From assembly GCA_964016885.1 (NCBI GenBank), contig OZ024743.1, forward strand, positions 46,314,001-46,378,000: a stretch of DNA of 64,000 bases, given 5' to 3'. The notes below the pieces were generated by a model. It was not told the origin of the DNA, searched no databases, and saw only the letters and a program-made list of their open reading frames with translations. Source of the DNA: Eledone cirrhosa (Eukaryota). Position 1 is the first letter of the stretch, and the number at the start of each line of letters is the position of its first letter. Of this stretch, positions 1 through 12,268 are shown piece by piece. The translations under genes and the position numbers were made by a program.

Positions 1-1190
1 GCTTGACCCAGGACTGCAGCTCCGTCAGCGAGACAAGTTGTGGGAAGGCCTGTCTCACAAACGGTGCCCACGCCGGTTGGTAGGTGAGGAATACCTGGAG
101 ATGCCGTAGCCTCAGCGCATATTTGCGCATCATTAGCCACGGCATGCCCAGCCCTCCGTTGGAAGGGTGTTTACAGCAGACGGATCTCCTCACTAGTGGA
201 GCCTGCTTCTTTCACGGGAACTGGAAGAGCATGCATTCCATCTTGGTGAGGTATTCACGGGGACAAGGCACGACAGTCAAGCGGTAGTAGGTGACGGACG
301 CTATGAAAGTGTTCGCCACCTCCGCTCGACCTTTCAAAGACAGTTTTCACTCTGCCCACTTCTGGGTGAGCGCAAATACCTTGGCCATGACCTCGTTCCA
401 GTTTTTCTCCACCTGCAGGTCTGGACCGAACCAGACCCCGAGCAATTTCCCCGATCCTTCCGTCCAGCGTCCGATGACGCTATCGGACGGCATCGGTTTT
501 CCTCTCCACGTTCCGAGTTGCAAACCGACAGACTTGTCCGGATTCAGTTTTGCTCCTGTGAACCTTTCGTATTCCTATAGTAGGTTGCCGATTACCTCGA
601 TTTCCGAGGTTTTCCACACCATTACCGTCAAGTCGTCGGCATAAGCCGACGCTGCTTTTCGCAGTCCCGGTTCTAAACGGATGCCCTGCAAAAGCTCCAG
701 CTTCCGCAGCAGTGGCTCTAGAGTCAATACGTACAGAATGGAGGAGAGAGGGCATCCCTGTCGAATAGAACGTGTGATTGCGAACGGCTCCGATAGGTAG
801 CCGTTCACCTTGACCTTCGAGCTGATGCTGGTGTGCATCGCCTTGATCCAGCCTCTGAAAATGGGACCGAAACCGGCTGCCTTGAGAACCGCTTCCAAGT
901 ATCGATGGTCGACCATATCGAATGCCTTAGATTGATCTAAATTGATCAGAGCCCCACCGGAGCCGCGTTTACACCCCACCCTCTCTATGATGTATCGCAT
1001 GAGGTGGAGGTTGTCGTGTATGGACACGTTTGCGCTTTCCCTACCAGGTTTTCGACGACAAGCGCCATCCTCGTTGCTAGCAACTTGGCCAAAATCTTTA
1101 ACTCTGTGTTGAGCAGAGTTATGGGCCTGAAACTGTTTATTTCGTCCCCCTTTTTCTCGTCTTTCTTGATCAGCGTTACTACGCCCTTGC
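1..1190 (-). mobile_element. L1/Tx1-clade LINE reverse-transcriptase fragment (frameshifted, runs off the left edge)
   Basis: ORF 575..1027(-) contains SIHDNLHLMR, LINLDQSKAFD, RQGCPLS and YADD, which are RT motifs of the L1/Tx1 type. Confidence 0.85.
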
Positions 1191-1677
1191 CAGTAGATAT
1201 ATGGATAGATAGAGGGATAGTGGGCGAAGTGGGAAGAAGAGAGCGTTCCTTTAATCTGGCTTCAATGGACAGAGAAAGAAACAGGTGAATATAGACAGAG
1301 AGAGGGGGGGCGTTCCTATCATCTAGCTACAGTGGAGAGAGGCAGAGAGAGATGGAAAGAGAGGGAGAGAGGGGGAGATAGAAGGAGGGAGAGGGAGAGA
1401 GGGGGAGATAAAGAGCGGGAGGGTTCGGGAGGGGGGATGACCCTCTAATCTAATTCGGTTACATCAACTGGACATAATTGCTCGCTTGAGATTATGGCAG
1501 ATGTAGGGGGTTGTTTTTAGATTGGATTTTTTTTAAGTTAATGTTTGTGTTTACCTCACAAAAACGATGACATTCAATAAGGATTATTTGTGAATGGTTG
1601 GGTGAATGGAAGAGAGACATACATGCATACATGTATACACACATACATACATACATATATACCTACACACATACATA

Positions 1678-1925
1678 CCCATCATTATTGGAGCTACGGG
1701 TTATATACCAATCCGTTTGGACCAAAGTATGACTGAACTTGGATTTGCGGACAAAGAGCTCAGCTCCCTAATTCATAGTCTACAAATGGCTGCGATAGCT
1801 GGCACCTTCAAAATTTGCAAAACATTCTTGCGATTCAAGGGATGACAATTTATTTTCTTTTACAACCTTGACACCAGGAAGGTGGCCGGTCAAAAACATA
1901 TACTCGAAATTAAGAGAAAGAGATA
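1678..1925 (+). mobile_element. 3' end of a restriction-like-endonuclease non-LTR element (R4/Dong-like), 5'-truncated, in (TACA)n
   Basis: Translates PIIIGATGYIP...LQMAAIAGTFKICKTFLRFKG*, resembling the C-terminal PIVIGALG..P...LQ..A..GT.KI motif of RLE elements. Flanked by TACA on both sides. Confidence 0.6.
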
Positions 1926-2203
1926 ACATGCATACATACATAATACATACACACATAGATACACATATACACACATACATACACACATACATAATACATG
2001 CATACATACATACATACATACACACATACATAATACATACATACATAACTGCATACATACATACATACACACATACATACATAATACATACACACATACA
2101 TACATACATACATACATACATACATACATACATACATACATACATACATACATACGCACATGCATACATACACACATACATGCATACATACATACATACA
2201 TAT

Positions 2204-2655
2204 ATGGTGGCTGCCAACTCGTTTTCGAGTACGGCCACTACTTTATATCCATGTAGGAGAACCCCTACCGATTCGCTGAACGAGTGTGACTTTTTAGTCC
2301 AGCCAGTGACTTGAAAACTCTGGTACAAACACTACACTTGTGACAATTATTGACACATAGTGCTGGGCCCATGGTACCATGTGACGACAAGTGCAGAGAG
2401 ATCTCCATTTCCTGTGCCATGAAGCTTTTATAGTGAGCAAAGGCACTGCACAAGGCCAGTCCCACTCTCTTAACCAAGATGATATTTATCGAAAAGAAGA
2501 ACAAGTCAACATCATTGGATACCATCAGGGTTGCAGGTGTTATATCAGAGTTTTCCTTCTCCTAGAATTCTGCCTTGACAAAGGCTAAGGGATCATCTCT
2601 CCCGGTGATTTTGGATGGCCATTGACTCTTAAGAGCTCCTTTGCCCTTTGACAGG
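2204..2655 (-). mobile_element. Short non-autonomous RTE-derived bipartite element, copy 1
   Basis: Near-identical to 3231-3636 and 6338-6950. Carries an RTE-type 5'UTR motif (GGAGAAGGAAAACTCTGA) joined to a C2H2-finger 3' end (CSVCTRVFKSLAGLKSH), with a (TGTA)n tail. Confidence 0.65.
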
Positions 2656-2845
2656 TACATACATACATACACACATACATACATACACACATACATACAC
2701 ACATACATACATACACACATACATACATAGACACATACATACACACATACATACATACATACATACATACATACATACATACATACATACATACACACAC
2801 ATACATACATACATACATACATACATACATACATACATACATACA

Positions 2846-2876
<31 letters not shown>

Positions 2877-3230
2877 GTAAAACATTCCAAAAATGTTGCA
2901 TCTAATAACTGCATATACACATGTACAGATACAAAGCATATACGCATGTACACATACAACTCAAAACATACACATCCACACATACAATAACATCCATATC
3001 TACACATGCATACATACATATCTACCTAGTTGATGTTGTGTAAATTCCAATGAGAGAGTCTTGTGTCTATGTTAGAAACCGACTCTCTCTCTATTGGTAA
3101 AACTTTGTGAAATTATAAAACCAGAAGAACATACATACATAATACATACATACATACATACATACATACATACATACATACATACATACATACATACATA
3201 CATACATACATACATACATACATACATACA

Positions 3231-3636
3231 TGGTGGCTGCCAACTTTTTTCGAGTACGGCCACTACTTTATATCCATGTAGGAGAACCCCTACCGATGCG
3301 CTGAACGAGTGTGACTTTTAGTCCAGCCAGCGACTTGAAAACTCTGGTACAAACACTACACTTGTGACAATTATTGACACATAGTGCTGGGCCCATGGTA
3401 CCATGTGATGACAAGTGCAGATAGATCTCCAGATATAAAGCAATACCTGTGCCGTGAAGCTTTTATAGTGAGCAAAGGCAGTGCACAAAGCTAGTCCCAC
3501 TCTCTTAACCAAGATGATATTTACCAAAAAGAAGAACAAGTCAACATCATTGGATAGCATCAGGGTTGCAGGTGTTATATCAGAGTTTTCCTTCTCCTAA
3601 AATTCTGCCTTGACAAAGGCTAAGGGGTCATCTCTC
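3231..3636 (-). mobile_element. Short non-autonomous RTE-derived bipartite element, copy 2 (more 5'-truncated)
   Basis: Direct sequence match to 2204-2655 and 6338-6950; TACA flanks. Confidence 0.65.
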
Positions 3637-3734
3637 CATACATACATACATACATACATACATACATACATACATACATACATACATACATACATACATA
3701 CATACATACATACATACATACATACATACATACA

Positions 3735-5716
3735 TGATGGCTGCAAACTCTGCCAAGAGTATTGAGATCGCTTGTCAGATTCAGATGTGGGACGCTCGGA
3801 TATGGCTTTTCAAGCCTGCTAGAGACTTGCACTCCTTCACACACTGACGACAACCATGGATCTCCCTGGCTTGAGATCCCGCATCAGGTTGCCCGTGAAC
3901 CCTCACAACACCGTAGAGATCATAGTTCACTGGTTCTCTTTGAACATAGCTGCGACTGTGGCTCCTGAGACCAGATTTTCTCAAGCAAATTTTTCCACAC
4001 TCAGGGCACTTCAATTCAATGGAGACACCGATTGTTTCGAGAGATACACCAGGGCATTGCTTACGCACAACCCTTTTGATCTTCTTGTGCTCTATGCGTC
4101 TATCCTCAAAATTATGGACCCCATCATTCACCATTCCATGCCAAGTTTCTCTTTCAAGAGCTTCTATCTCCCAGTTAGCCATCATCAAACCAGTTTTTTT
4201 TTTAATCGGAGCTTTGGCTTGTGAGGTTGTCTCTTACCTTTACAAAGCTCGCCATACAAGAGTTGTTTTGGGATTCGATCATCCTCCATTCTTCAGAAGT
4301 GTCCGGTCCATCGCAAACGCCGTTGGTGGATGATATTCTCAATGCTCCGACACTCACTTCTCTCAAGGACCTCAACATCACTCACATGCATCTGCCACTT
4401 GATACCAAGCATCTTTCTGAGACACTGCTGGTGAAACCGTTCCAGTCTGTGGATATGCCGTTTGTAGGCAACCCATGTCTCACATGCATACAGCAAAGCT
4501 GACAGTACACATGCAACATACACTCTCACCTTGGTCCTCATTGTGATTCCTCTCCTGCACCAAAGACGGTCGTGAGCCTTCCAAATGACTCACTTACCTT
4601 ACTAACACGTAGACCAACTTCTGCATCTAGAGAGCAGGTTACATTCAGAGTACTCCCCAAATACACAAATGTGTCAGCAGCCTTCAGCTTTTGACCGTAT
4701 ACGTGTATGAAGGGTTGGAGCAGGTTGATACATGACAACAGTCTTCTTCAGACTGATTGTCAGTTCCAAAACACTGCACGCATTGGAAAAAGAATCCATA
4801 AGATGTTGCATGTCACTCTGGGAGTGTGAAAAGAGATCATAATCATCTGCATATAAAAATTCTCTGATCAAGGTACTCAGTACCTTAGTGTTGGCAGTGA
4901 GATGCCTAAGGTTAAACAGCTTGCCGGAAGTGCGATATCTGAGATAGATACCGTGTTGACAATCCTTGAAGGCCATGAAGAACACCATCGCGAAATACAA
5001 GGCAAACAAAGTTGGTGCAGGTATATCACCCTGCTTGACACCATTTTCAACCGAGATTGGCTCAGACAGTTTACCTCCAGCATTCATCCATGTCTGCATG
5101 TCATCGTGGAAGAGTTTCAGAATGTTCACAAACTTTTCTCGACAGCCCAATCTCTCCAAAATAACCCACAAAGCCTTCCGATTAACGGTGTCAAATGCCT
5201 TGGTCAGATCGACAAAAACTTGGTATAAGTCCATGCGCTTCTCAATGCATTTCTCTTGAAGTTGTTTGGCCGAGAAGATCATGTCAACAGTTCCTCTGCC
5301 ATTCCTAAAGCCACATTGGGACTCAGGAAGTACCTCAACAGCAATGTACTGTATCAATCTGTCCAACAATATCCTGCACAAGATCTTCCCAGCCACATAT
5401 AGCAGTGAAATACCTCTGTAGTTGCCACAATCATTTTTGGCTCCCTTTCCTTTGTAAAGTACCACCATCAGTGCATCTTTCCAATCCTGTGGCACATCTT
5501 CTTCATTCCAAACATTCACAAAGTGATCAGTGAGGCGGTTTAAGAAGTTATCACCAGCACACTTGAAAATCTCGGCACTCAGTCCATCCATTCCAGGTGA
5601 CTTGCCGCTGTTTAATTTGGCAATGGCCTTCGCCACCTCATCAAATGAAGGAGGATCAGCCATTGCCAGCTTTGTAGGTCTGGATGGAATCGACCGGATG
5701 AACTCATCATCAATTT
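3735..5716 (-). mobile_element. RTE/BovB-like LINE, 5'-truncated, RT plus C-terminal C2H2 fingers
   Basis: ORF 4674..5783 has NYRGISLL, PESQCGFR, FVDLTKAFD, GVKQG and LYADD. Downstream frames give LLYACETW, RLRWTGH and CPECGK..H / CRQCVK..KSLAGLKSH. (TACA)n on both sides. Confidence 0.92.
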
Positions 5717-5790
5717 CATACATACATACATACATACATACATACATACATACATACATACATACATACATACATACATACATACATACA

Positions 5791-6320
5791 TGATGACTGT
5801 AACTCGATTTCTAGTAATGTCATTGCTTGATACTTAGGCATGAGCATCATGGACGTGGCTTTTTAGTCCTGCTGGGAACTTGCCTTTTCCAGTAATACCA
5901 TGCATCGCAAAAAATATCACGTATCAAACGATGCCTGCGCTTGAAGCTTTCTTAAGTCTTTGCACGGAGCCAATCCCACTCGCTGAGCATCAAATGCATT
6001 TGCCCAAAATGAAGAACTAGTCTACATCATTGGATGCAAACAGTCTCAGGTTTTATATCAGAGTGACCTTCTCCTAGAGAGATGTCATAATGAAGACTAG
6101 GAGTTTCTCGCTCCACAAAAAAAAACTTTATTGGATGGCCGTTGACTCTCCTGAGTTCCTCCATCCTTTGATGGGTTTCGTTTTTCATCTCGCAGAGTGT
6201 CCCAAATCACCCTCCTCACCAAGCAGGCTTGGTGGGGTTGCCGGTTTAGTTGCGACGACCCGACCATGCACATGTTGTACTGGGTTACATGTTACCAGTA
6301 ACGCCGAAAAGCGACCTGGC
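5791..6320 (-). mobile_element. Diverged relative of the RTE-derived short element
   Basis: Shares blocks with 6338-6950 (acatcattgga, tatatcagagt, ttggatggcc, cttggtggggttgcc, tgttaccagta) but is more diverged. Confidence 0.55.
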
Positions 6321-6337
6321 ATACATACATACATACA

Positions 6338-6950
6338 TGGTGGTGGCTGCCAACTCGTTTTCGAGTATGGCCACTACTTTATATCCATGTAGGAGAACGC
6401 CTACCGATGCGCTGAACGAGTGTGACTTTTTAGTCCAGCCAGCGTATTGAAAACTCTGGTACAAACACTACACTTGTGACAATTATTGACACATAGTGCT
6501 GGGCCCATGGTACCATGTGAGGACAAGTGCAGAGAGATCTCCAGATATAAAGCAATGCCTGTGCCGTGAAGCTTTTATAGTGAGCAAAGGCACTGCACAA
6601 AGCCAGTCCCACTCTCTTAACCAAGATGATATTTACCAAAAAGAAGAACAAGTCAACATCATTGGATACCATCAGGGTTGCAGGTGTTATATCAGAGTTT
6701 TCCTTCTCCTAGAATTCTGCCTTGACAAAGGCTAAGGGGTCATCTCTCCCGGTGATTTTGGATGGCCATTGACTCTTAAGAGCTCCTTTGCCCTTTGACA
6801 GGCTTTGTTTTTAGTCCTGCAGGATGTCCAAAGTCACCCTCTTCACCAAGAAACCTTGGTGGGGTTGCCAGTTTAGTCGCCAACGTCCCGACCATGAGAC
6901 AGGTTGTACTGGGATACATGTTACCAGTAGCACCAACTGGTGACCTGACA
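6338..6950 (-). mobile_element. Longest copy of the RTE-derived short element
   Basis: Extends ~150 bp further 5' than copy 1; TACA flanks. Confidence 0.65.
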
Positions 6951-7374
6951 CATACATACATACACACATACATACATACATACGTACATGCATACATACG
7001 TACATACATACATACATGCATACATGGTTTTACTCTACACATGCAATCTCCGTACCTGTGTGAACACACGTAAATACATAGACACATCACATGCGTCCGA
7101 CGATTCAACAATTCTGGCCATCCACCGTGCCAAGATTGGTACCTTACTTATCGACCCTGAAAACATGAAAAACAAAGTTTGAATTTGAACTCAGTGTGTA
7201 TAGAGCCGAGGACTTAAATCGTCGCCTCACCCGGTTTAACACTATCGTCTGGTCCATGATTACCTTTAATGGACTCCATTCTGTAGCATGCATCTTTGTC
7301 TGGTCTCCAGTTTGAAGACAACTTCCTCCTTCTCTTCCCCTCTTCCTCTCTTTCTCTCTCTAGTTAATGAGGCC

Positions 7375-7603
7375 TTAACCCTTTAGCATTTAAACCGGCC
7401 GTATCTGGCCATAATTCTCTCACCTCTTTCTGTTCAAACCGGCTGTAACTGGCGACTCATACTGATGTTAAGGTATTGTTCTCAAAATAAATAATATCAA
7501 AATCTCATAAACTCGATATTATATGAGATAATTATGTAAGGTAAAGCCTTTACCCTGAAAATATAATAGGATATATAGAGTGATGTAAATGCTAAAGGGT
7601 TAA
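7375..7603. mobile_element. piggyBac-type MITE (TTAA-CCCTTTAGCATT...AATGCTAAAGGG-TTAA)
   Basis: TTAA at both ends and matching terminal inverted repeats. The same family occurs at 53267-53485 and 57390-57617. Confidence 0.85.
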
Positions 7604-8485
7604 TAATGGCCGTTGGTGCTGAAAGGATGAAGGCAAAGTTTAACTTTGAAGGGATTGAACTCAGAACACAGATAGTCGTAAATTAAAAGCTACATTAAAA
7701 ACAAAAATCTCGAATCAAAATGTATTTGTTAAATATATGTTGTCTGATCTGTTGCGTAACATTTGTAAAGCATTTAATTCATTGTGGTTTTGTAGAAGCA
7801 CCGTCACAACACACGGCGTGCCTTGGGCATTTTAAACTTGATGGAGTCCAGCCTTCTCTAAGCTGGAACACAGCCGATTTCTTCCAGATAGGGAGGCAGA
7901 AAGAGAGAGAGGGTGGATAGGTGAAAAACTAGCCCCAGTACTGCACTCGAAAGGATGAAAAGCTCAGCTGACATAGACAGGATTTGAACTCAAAGTGCAG
8001 TGAGCCGGAATGAATATCGTGTAGCATTCTCTCTGACGTTCTAGTAAATCTGCCAGTTCACCGCCTTACGTAACGATAGTGTTCCAAGTAAATCATTGAA
8101 CCACACTTGTTTCCACTTAACTGGCAGCAGAGGTAGATATTAGATATAAAATTTAAAAAATAAATAAGTAGAATGGAGAAAATTACTTAATGCTACAGCA
8201 CTAGGTTAAGCGGAAATAAAGAGGATGCAATCCTCTTAGACTAAAATGATAGGATGAAAAAATTCAGTTCATAGTCACGTTCAGATATTTAGATATTTCG
8301 ATCAAATATATGTTTTGAATGGTTTTCTGAACGATTAAATAAATAAAGCAATAGCGTGAGTGGGTAAAATATTATAAGACAGGGAATGAAGAGAACGAAT
8401 CTATTGATAATGTAATGTTATGCGATAAAACTTAGGGAGAATAAGAAAATTGTTGATGACGGAACGGAAACATTATTTATCGTTC

Positions 8486-8670
8486 GGTGGATTGGCAGTA
8501 TCGGTAGAGGGTCGGACGCCATGCTTTCCAGCATAGTTACGTCCCTTTACGATCTGAGTTCAAATCCCGCCGAGGTTGGCTTTGCCTTTCATCCTTACGG
8601 GGTCGATAAACTAAAGTACCAGTAATGCACTGGGTAATTGCTGGCCTTGTGCCTAAAGTAGAAACAATTA
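8486..8670 (+). mobile_element. tRNA-derived SINE with Nin/Deu-like central domain (very abundant family)
   Basis: A-box-like GGTGGATTGGCAG..GGTAGAG, B-box GAGTTCAAATCC and core GCCTTTCATCCTT.CGGGGTCGATAAAATAAAGTACCAG. More than 15 related copies, e.g. 9150-9520, 12530-12705, 13555-13690, 23378-23590, 35060-35215, 54061-54240. Confidence 0.85.
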
Positions 8671-9729
8671 TGTTCAATAATTTACAAAACAATTTGGACC
8701 ATGTTCAATTCTTCAATCTGATTTCACATATATTTTTTTCCCCGATATCTGTTGTTTTTTGTTTGTTTTTTTTGTTTTGTTTTTTTTTTGTTTTTTTTTC
8801 TTTGTTGTTGTTTTTTTGAGTTGTTTAGATTCTTTATGTGAAATCGTGTGTTGATACTAATATTGTTGTATCTGAACGAACGAGTGTTTGGAAACTATGA
8901 ACGGACTTTGAAATTTATGTGAAAGTTAGAAGCTTCATTGAATCTTTTACTATAGAAAAATAGTCTAAATAAAAGGGCGTATAAGCCCTCTTAACGTAAA
9001 ACACGTTAAAGGGGCTTCATATTTATACTATTGTTCCATAGTCAAAAATTTCGATGAAACTTCTAGCTTTCTCATAAATTGTTGTATGTATTTTGGGTGG
9101 GTCATGCTACAGGCAACGGTTGATTTCACTACATTAATCGGTAAAGTGTCAGACACCGTCCTTTGCAGCATAGAGTTATGGCCCTTTATGTTCTGAGTCC
9201 AAATCCCGCCGAGGTTAGCTTTGCCTTTCATCTTTACGGGGGACGATAGAATAAAGCACCAGTAATACACTGGGGTCGATCTAATCGACTTTCCCCCTCC
9301 CCCAGAATTATTGGCCTGGTACCTAAATCAGAAACCATATTGGCAGTATCGGTAGAGGGTTGGACGCCATGCTTTCTAGCATAGTTACGTCCCTTTACGG
9401 TCTGAGTTCAAATCCTGCCGAGGTTAACTTTTCCTTTCATCTTTACGGGGTCGATAAAATAAAGTACCAGTAATGTACTGGGTAATTGCTGGCCTTGTGC
9501 CAAAAGTAGAAACAATTATTATTAATTAATCATTCAATCAGTTTATTAATCAATTCATTCGTCACATCTTATCAATGACTATTGCCTCTCTCTGTCTTCT
9601 CTTCGTCCACTCGCCATCTTTTCTGTCTGTCTGTTTGTCTTCTTCCAGGGCTCCATGTCAGGATGTGATAAGCACGTGACTTTTGTTTCCTTTATTAACT
9701 TGTTTATTATTGTCATATATATATATATA

Positions 9730-10331
9730 CTAGCAGTGGTACCCGGCGTTGCACGGGATAAGATATTTTGGAACGCGAGCCGCCAACAGACTTAATCGTG
9801 GAAAAACTGCATGCCTGGATAATATGTAAAGAAAATAAACCGAATACTCTGATGGCTGGATAATCTTTAAGATTTTCCTCGGTGAAGCAGGAAAAATGCA
9901 GGTTTTCACCTAATGCGGGCCCTAGGGGATCAAGAAAATGAATTTTTTTATGTACATAATATGCCTTGAAATTTCGGGAAAAATCGGCTAGACGTAACGC
10001 CTCAAAAAAGCCCTAAGAAGCTGAAAAAATGAAGTTTTTCACCTAATGCGGGCCCTAGGCAATAAGAAAGTTGGATTTTCTTTTCTTACAGTATGAAGAA
10101 AAGACTGACTAATACATAGTTACAATTTCAAGGAAATGGGTCTGACGTAACGCCTCAAAAAAAAACCTAAAAACCTGAAAAAATGCAGTTTTTCACTAGG
10201 AGATAAAAAAATTGAATTTGTTTGTATGTGCATAACACTCCCTGAAACATACGTAAGACACATGTAAAGTTTGAAAAAAATCGGTTGGGTACTTCTCGAG
10301 TTTTAGGGATTCAAACTCACAGACACACACA

Positions 10332-10362
<31 letters not shown>

Positions 10363-10680
10363 GCGCACAGACAGACATCCTCAGGGAAGTGACGTAATGT
10401 AGACAGTCAGACATACAGACAGATATTATAAGGGTGCGACGTTATATGTATGTATCTATCTAAAAAGAGAAAGACTAAGAATTATAGAGCGAGATCGCTA
10501 AATCGCCTAATGCGGTCCCTAGGGCATTGAAAATTTTTAAAACTTTTTGCTCAGAACACTCCCTGAAATATAAGTATTACATGTGTAAAGTTTGAAAACA
10601 GTCGGTTGGGTGGTTCTCGAGGTTTAGGGATTCGAACTCACACACACACAGACAGACATCCTCAGTTTTATATATATAGA
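9730..10680 (+). mobile_element. Helentron/DINE-1-like non-autonomous element with internal tandem subrepeats
   Basis: Starts CTAGCAGTGGTACCCGGCGTTGCACGGG after (TA)n, has ~135-bp internal repeats and a (CA)n block, and ends CTCAGTTTTATATAT. A reverse-oriented copy lies at ~32325-33445. Confidence 0.5.
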
Positions 10681-11568
10681 TATATATATATTACTGCTTA
10701 AAATATTCGTCGCGAGATTTATATATGTGTATTATGAATAAACATATCATATATATCTTTATATACATTTCTACTGTGAATCACACTATGTTAGTACTAC
10801 CACCAATCAATTCCAGCTTATCAACCTCGCACAATATGCAAAGCAGTCGATTTATACGTAAACCGTACATAGGCTATGCCTGCCCACGTCTTAGTACCGA
10901 GTGAGTTAACGTCACTGTTGATGGATAACAATTATGAAACGCTAACGTCAGACCTTCCCACAAAGCCACTAAGATAGCTGTGACTAATGGAGGGAGGGTC
11001 GAGACAGTGTTTATGACTACTCGTGACTGCATGGTCACTTAAAACCATTGACGTAAGCATGGCAGAAAATATGATCGATTGCGAGTGACGATTGTAATAT
11101 ATATATATATATGCGTGCGTGGGTAGGTGTGTGTGTGTGGGGGGGGGGGGGGGGGGGGTGTTGAGTAAATGAGAAGTTGCCACCTTCAAATCCTTTCCGA
11201 TAACAGTAATGTATGTGAAGTGAAATATCTACAAATGGCTGTGGAAAGCACATCATAAAATGTCGTAACATCGAAGCATACCTCTTTAAGATGCATCATT
11301 GAGTTATAATCAGTGTTATTCTCTGCCTACGGGAACAGTAAAACATTGCTTCATCCTACAACAATGTATCAAGTTAATTTCTTTCTTACTGTAATAACTT
11401 CTTATAGTAATCATGCTAATAAATATTTCAATATTATACCGAAAACACATTTTCCTTAGCAAATGATAGGCGAGAGTGTTGAACAGAAGTAAAACCTATC
11501 AAATTTAGAGTGATAATATATACAGAATGGGTCATAATTAACTTACTGGTTACAATGAAACATAATAA

Positions 11569-11757
11569 TTGTTTCTACTTTTGACACAAGGCCAGCAATT
11601 ACCCAGTGCATTACTGGTACTTTATTTTATCGACCCCCGTAAGGATGAAAGGCAAAGTTAACCTCGGCGGGATTTGAACTCAGAATGGCAAAGGCCGTAA
11701 CTCTAAGCGTCAAAGCTTGGCGTCCAGCTCTCTACCGATACTGCCAATCCACCGCCC
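11569..11757 (-). mobile_element. tRNA-derived SINE (same family as 8486)
   Basis: Reverse complement of the 8486-8670 consensus. Confidence 0.85.
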
Positions 11758-11845
11758 TCATAATAATAGAGTGTTTTCAAACGAGCAGCATTTCCAAAAT
11801 ATCATGTAACTATATAACCTTACATGAATTGCCTATGTATTACAT

Positions 11846-11938
11846 ATCCCGACCGCGGCGCCAAGCAGTTTCGGCTTGTATGTTTGGTAAGGCTTACTTA
11901 AAACACAAGCCGAAACCGCTTGGCGCCGTGGTCAGGAT
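11846..11938. repeat. Imperfect palindrome containing a decayed hammerhead-like motif
   Basis: Right arm: GGCTT..AAGCC-GAAA-CCGC(TTGGCGCC)GTGG-TC-AGGAT. The CUGANGA position reads TTGGTAA. Confidence 0.5.
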
Positions 11939-11946
11939 TTTACAAA

Positions 11947-12028
<82 letters not shown>

Positions 12029-12070
12029 TTCTTATTATTCATTCTTTATATATATATATATAGATATATA

Positions 12071-12268
12071 TAGGAAAAGTTTCAGGACCCCGATGGCAGA
12101 ACTCAAGCCGTTTCGACGGCTATTTCTGGACTCAGAAATAGCCTTCAAACGGCTTGAGCTCTGCCGTCGGGGTCCTGAAACTTTTTCCTATTACCCACTC
12201 TACTACCCAAAGTATCGAGTACTCTGTTGCGTTATGGTCCACCTGGTTCGTTACCACACTTCCTTCGA
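12071..12268. mobile_element. (TA)n-flanked fold-back element (58-bp arms 12071-12128/12133-12190 plus 3' tail) with a 3' half-hammerhead
   Basis: Arms are reverse complements. Consensus with the related copy at 29611-29748(-) reads GAAA-CGGC..GCCG-TC-GGGGT. Confidence 0.6.

Larger units (their letters stand above)
1615..7030. repeat. (TACA)n microsatellite field fragmented by retroelement insertions
   Basis: Many pure and degenerate TACA tracts separate each inserted element. Confidence 0.95.

Noticed and set aside
1780-3321. MYVC/HTYI-repeat ORFs
   Set aside because: These are translations of (TACA)n.
8486-8575. tRNA genes
   Set aside because: The A/B boxes belong to SINE heads; there is no complete cloverleaf and they continue into SINE bodies.
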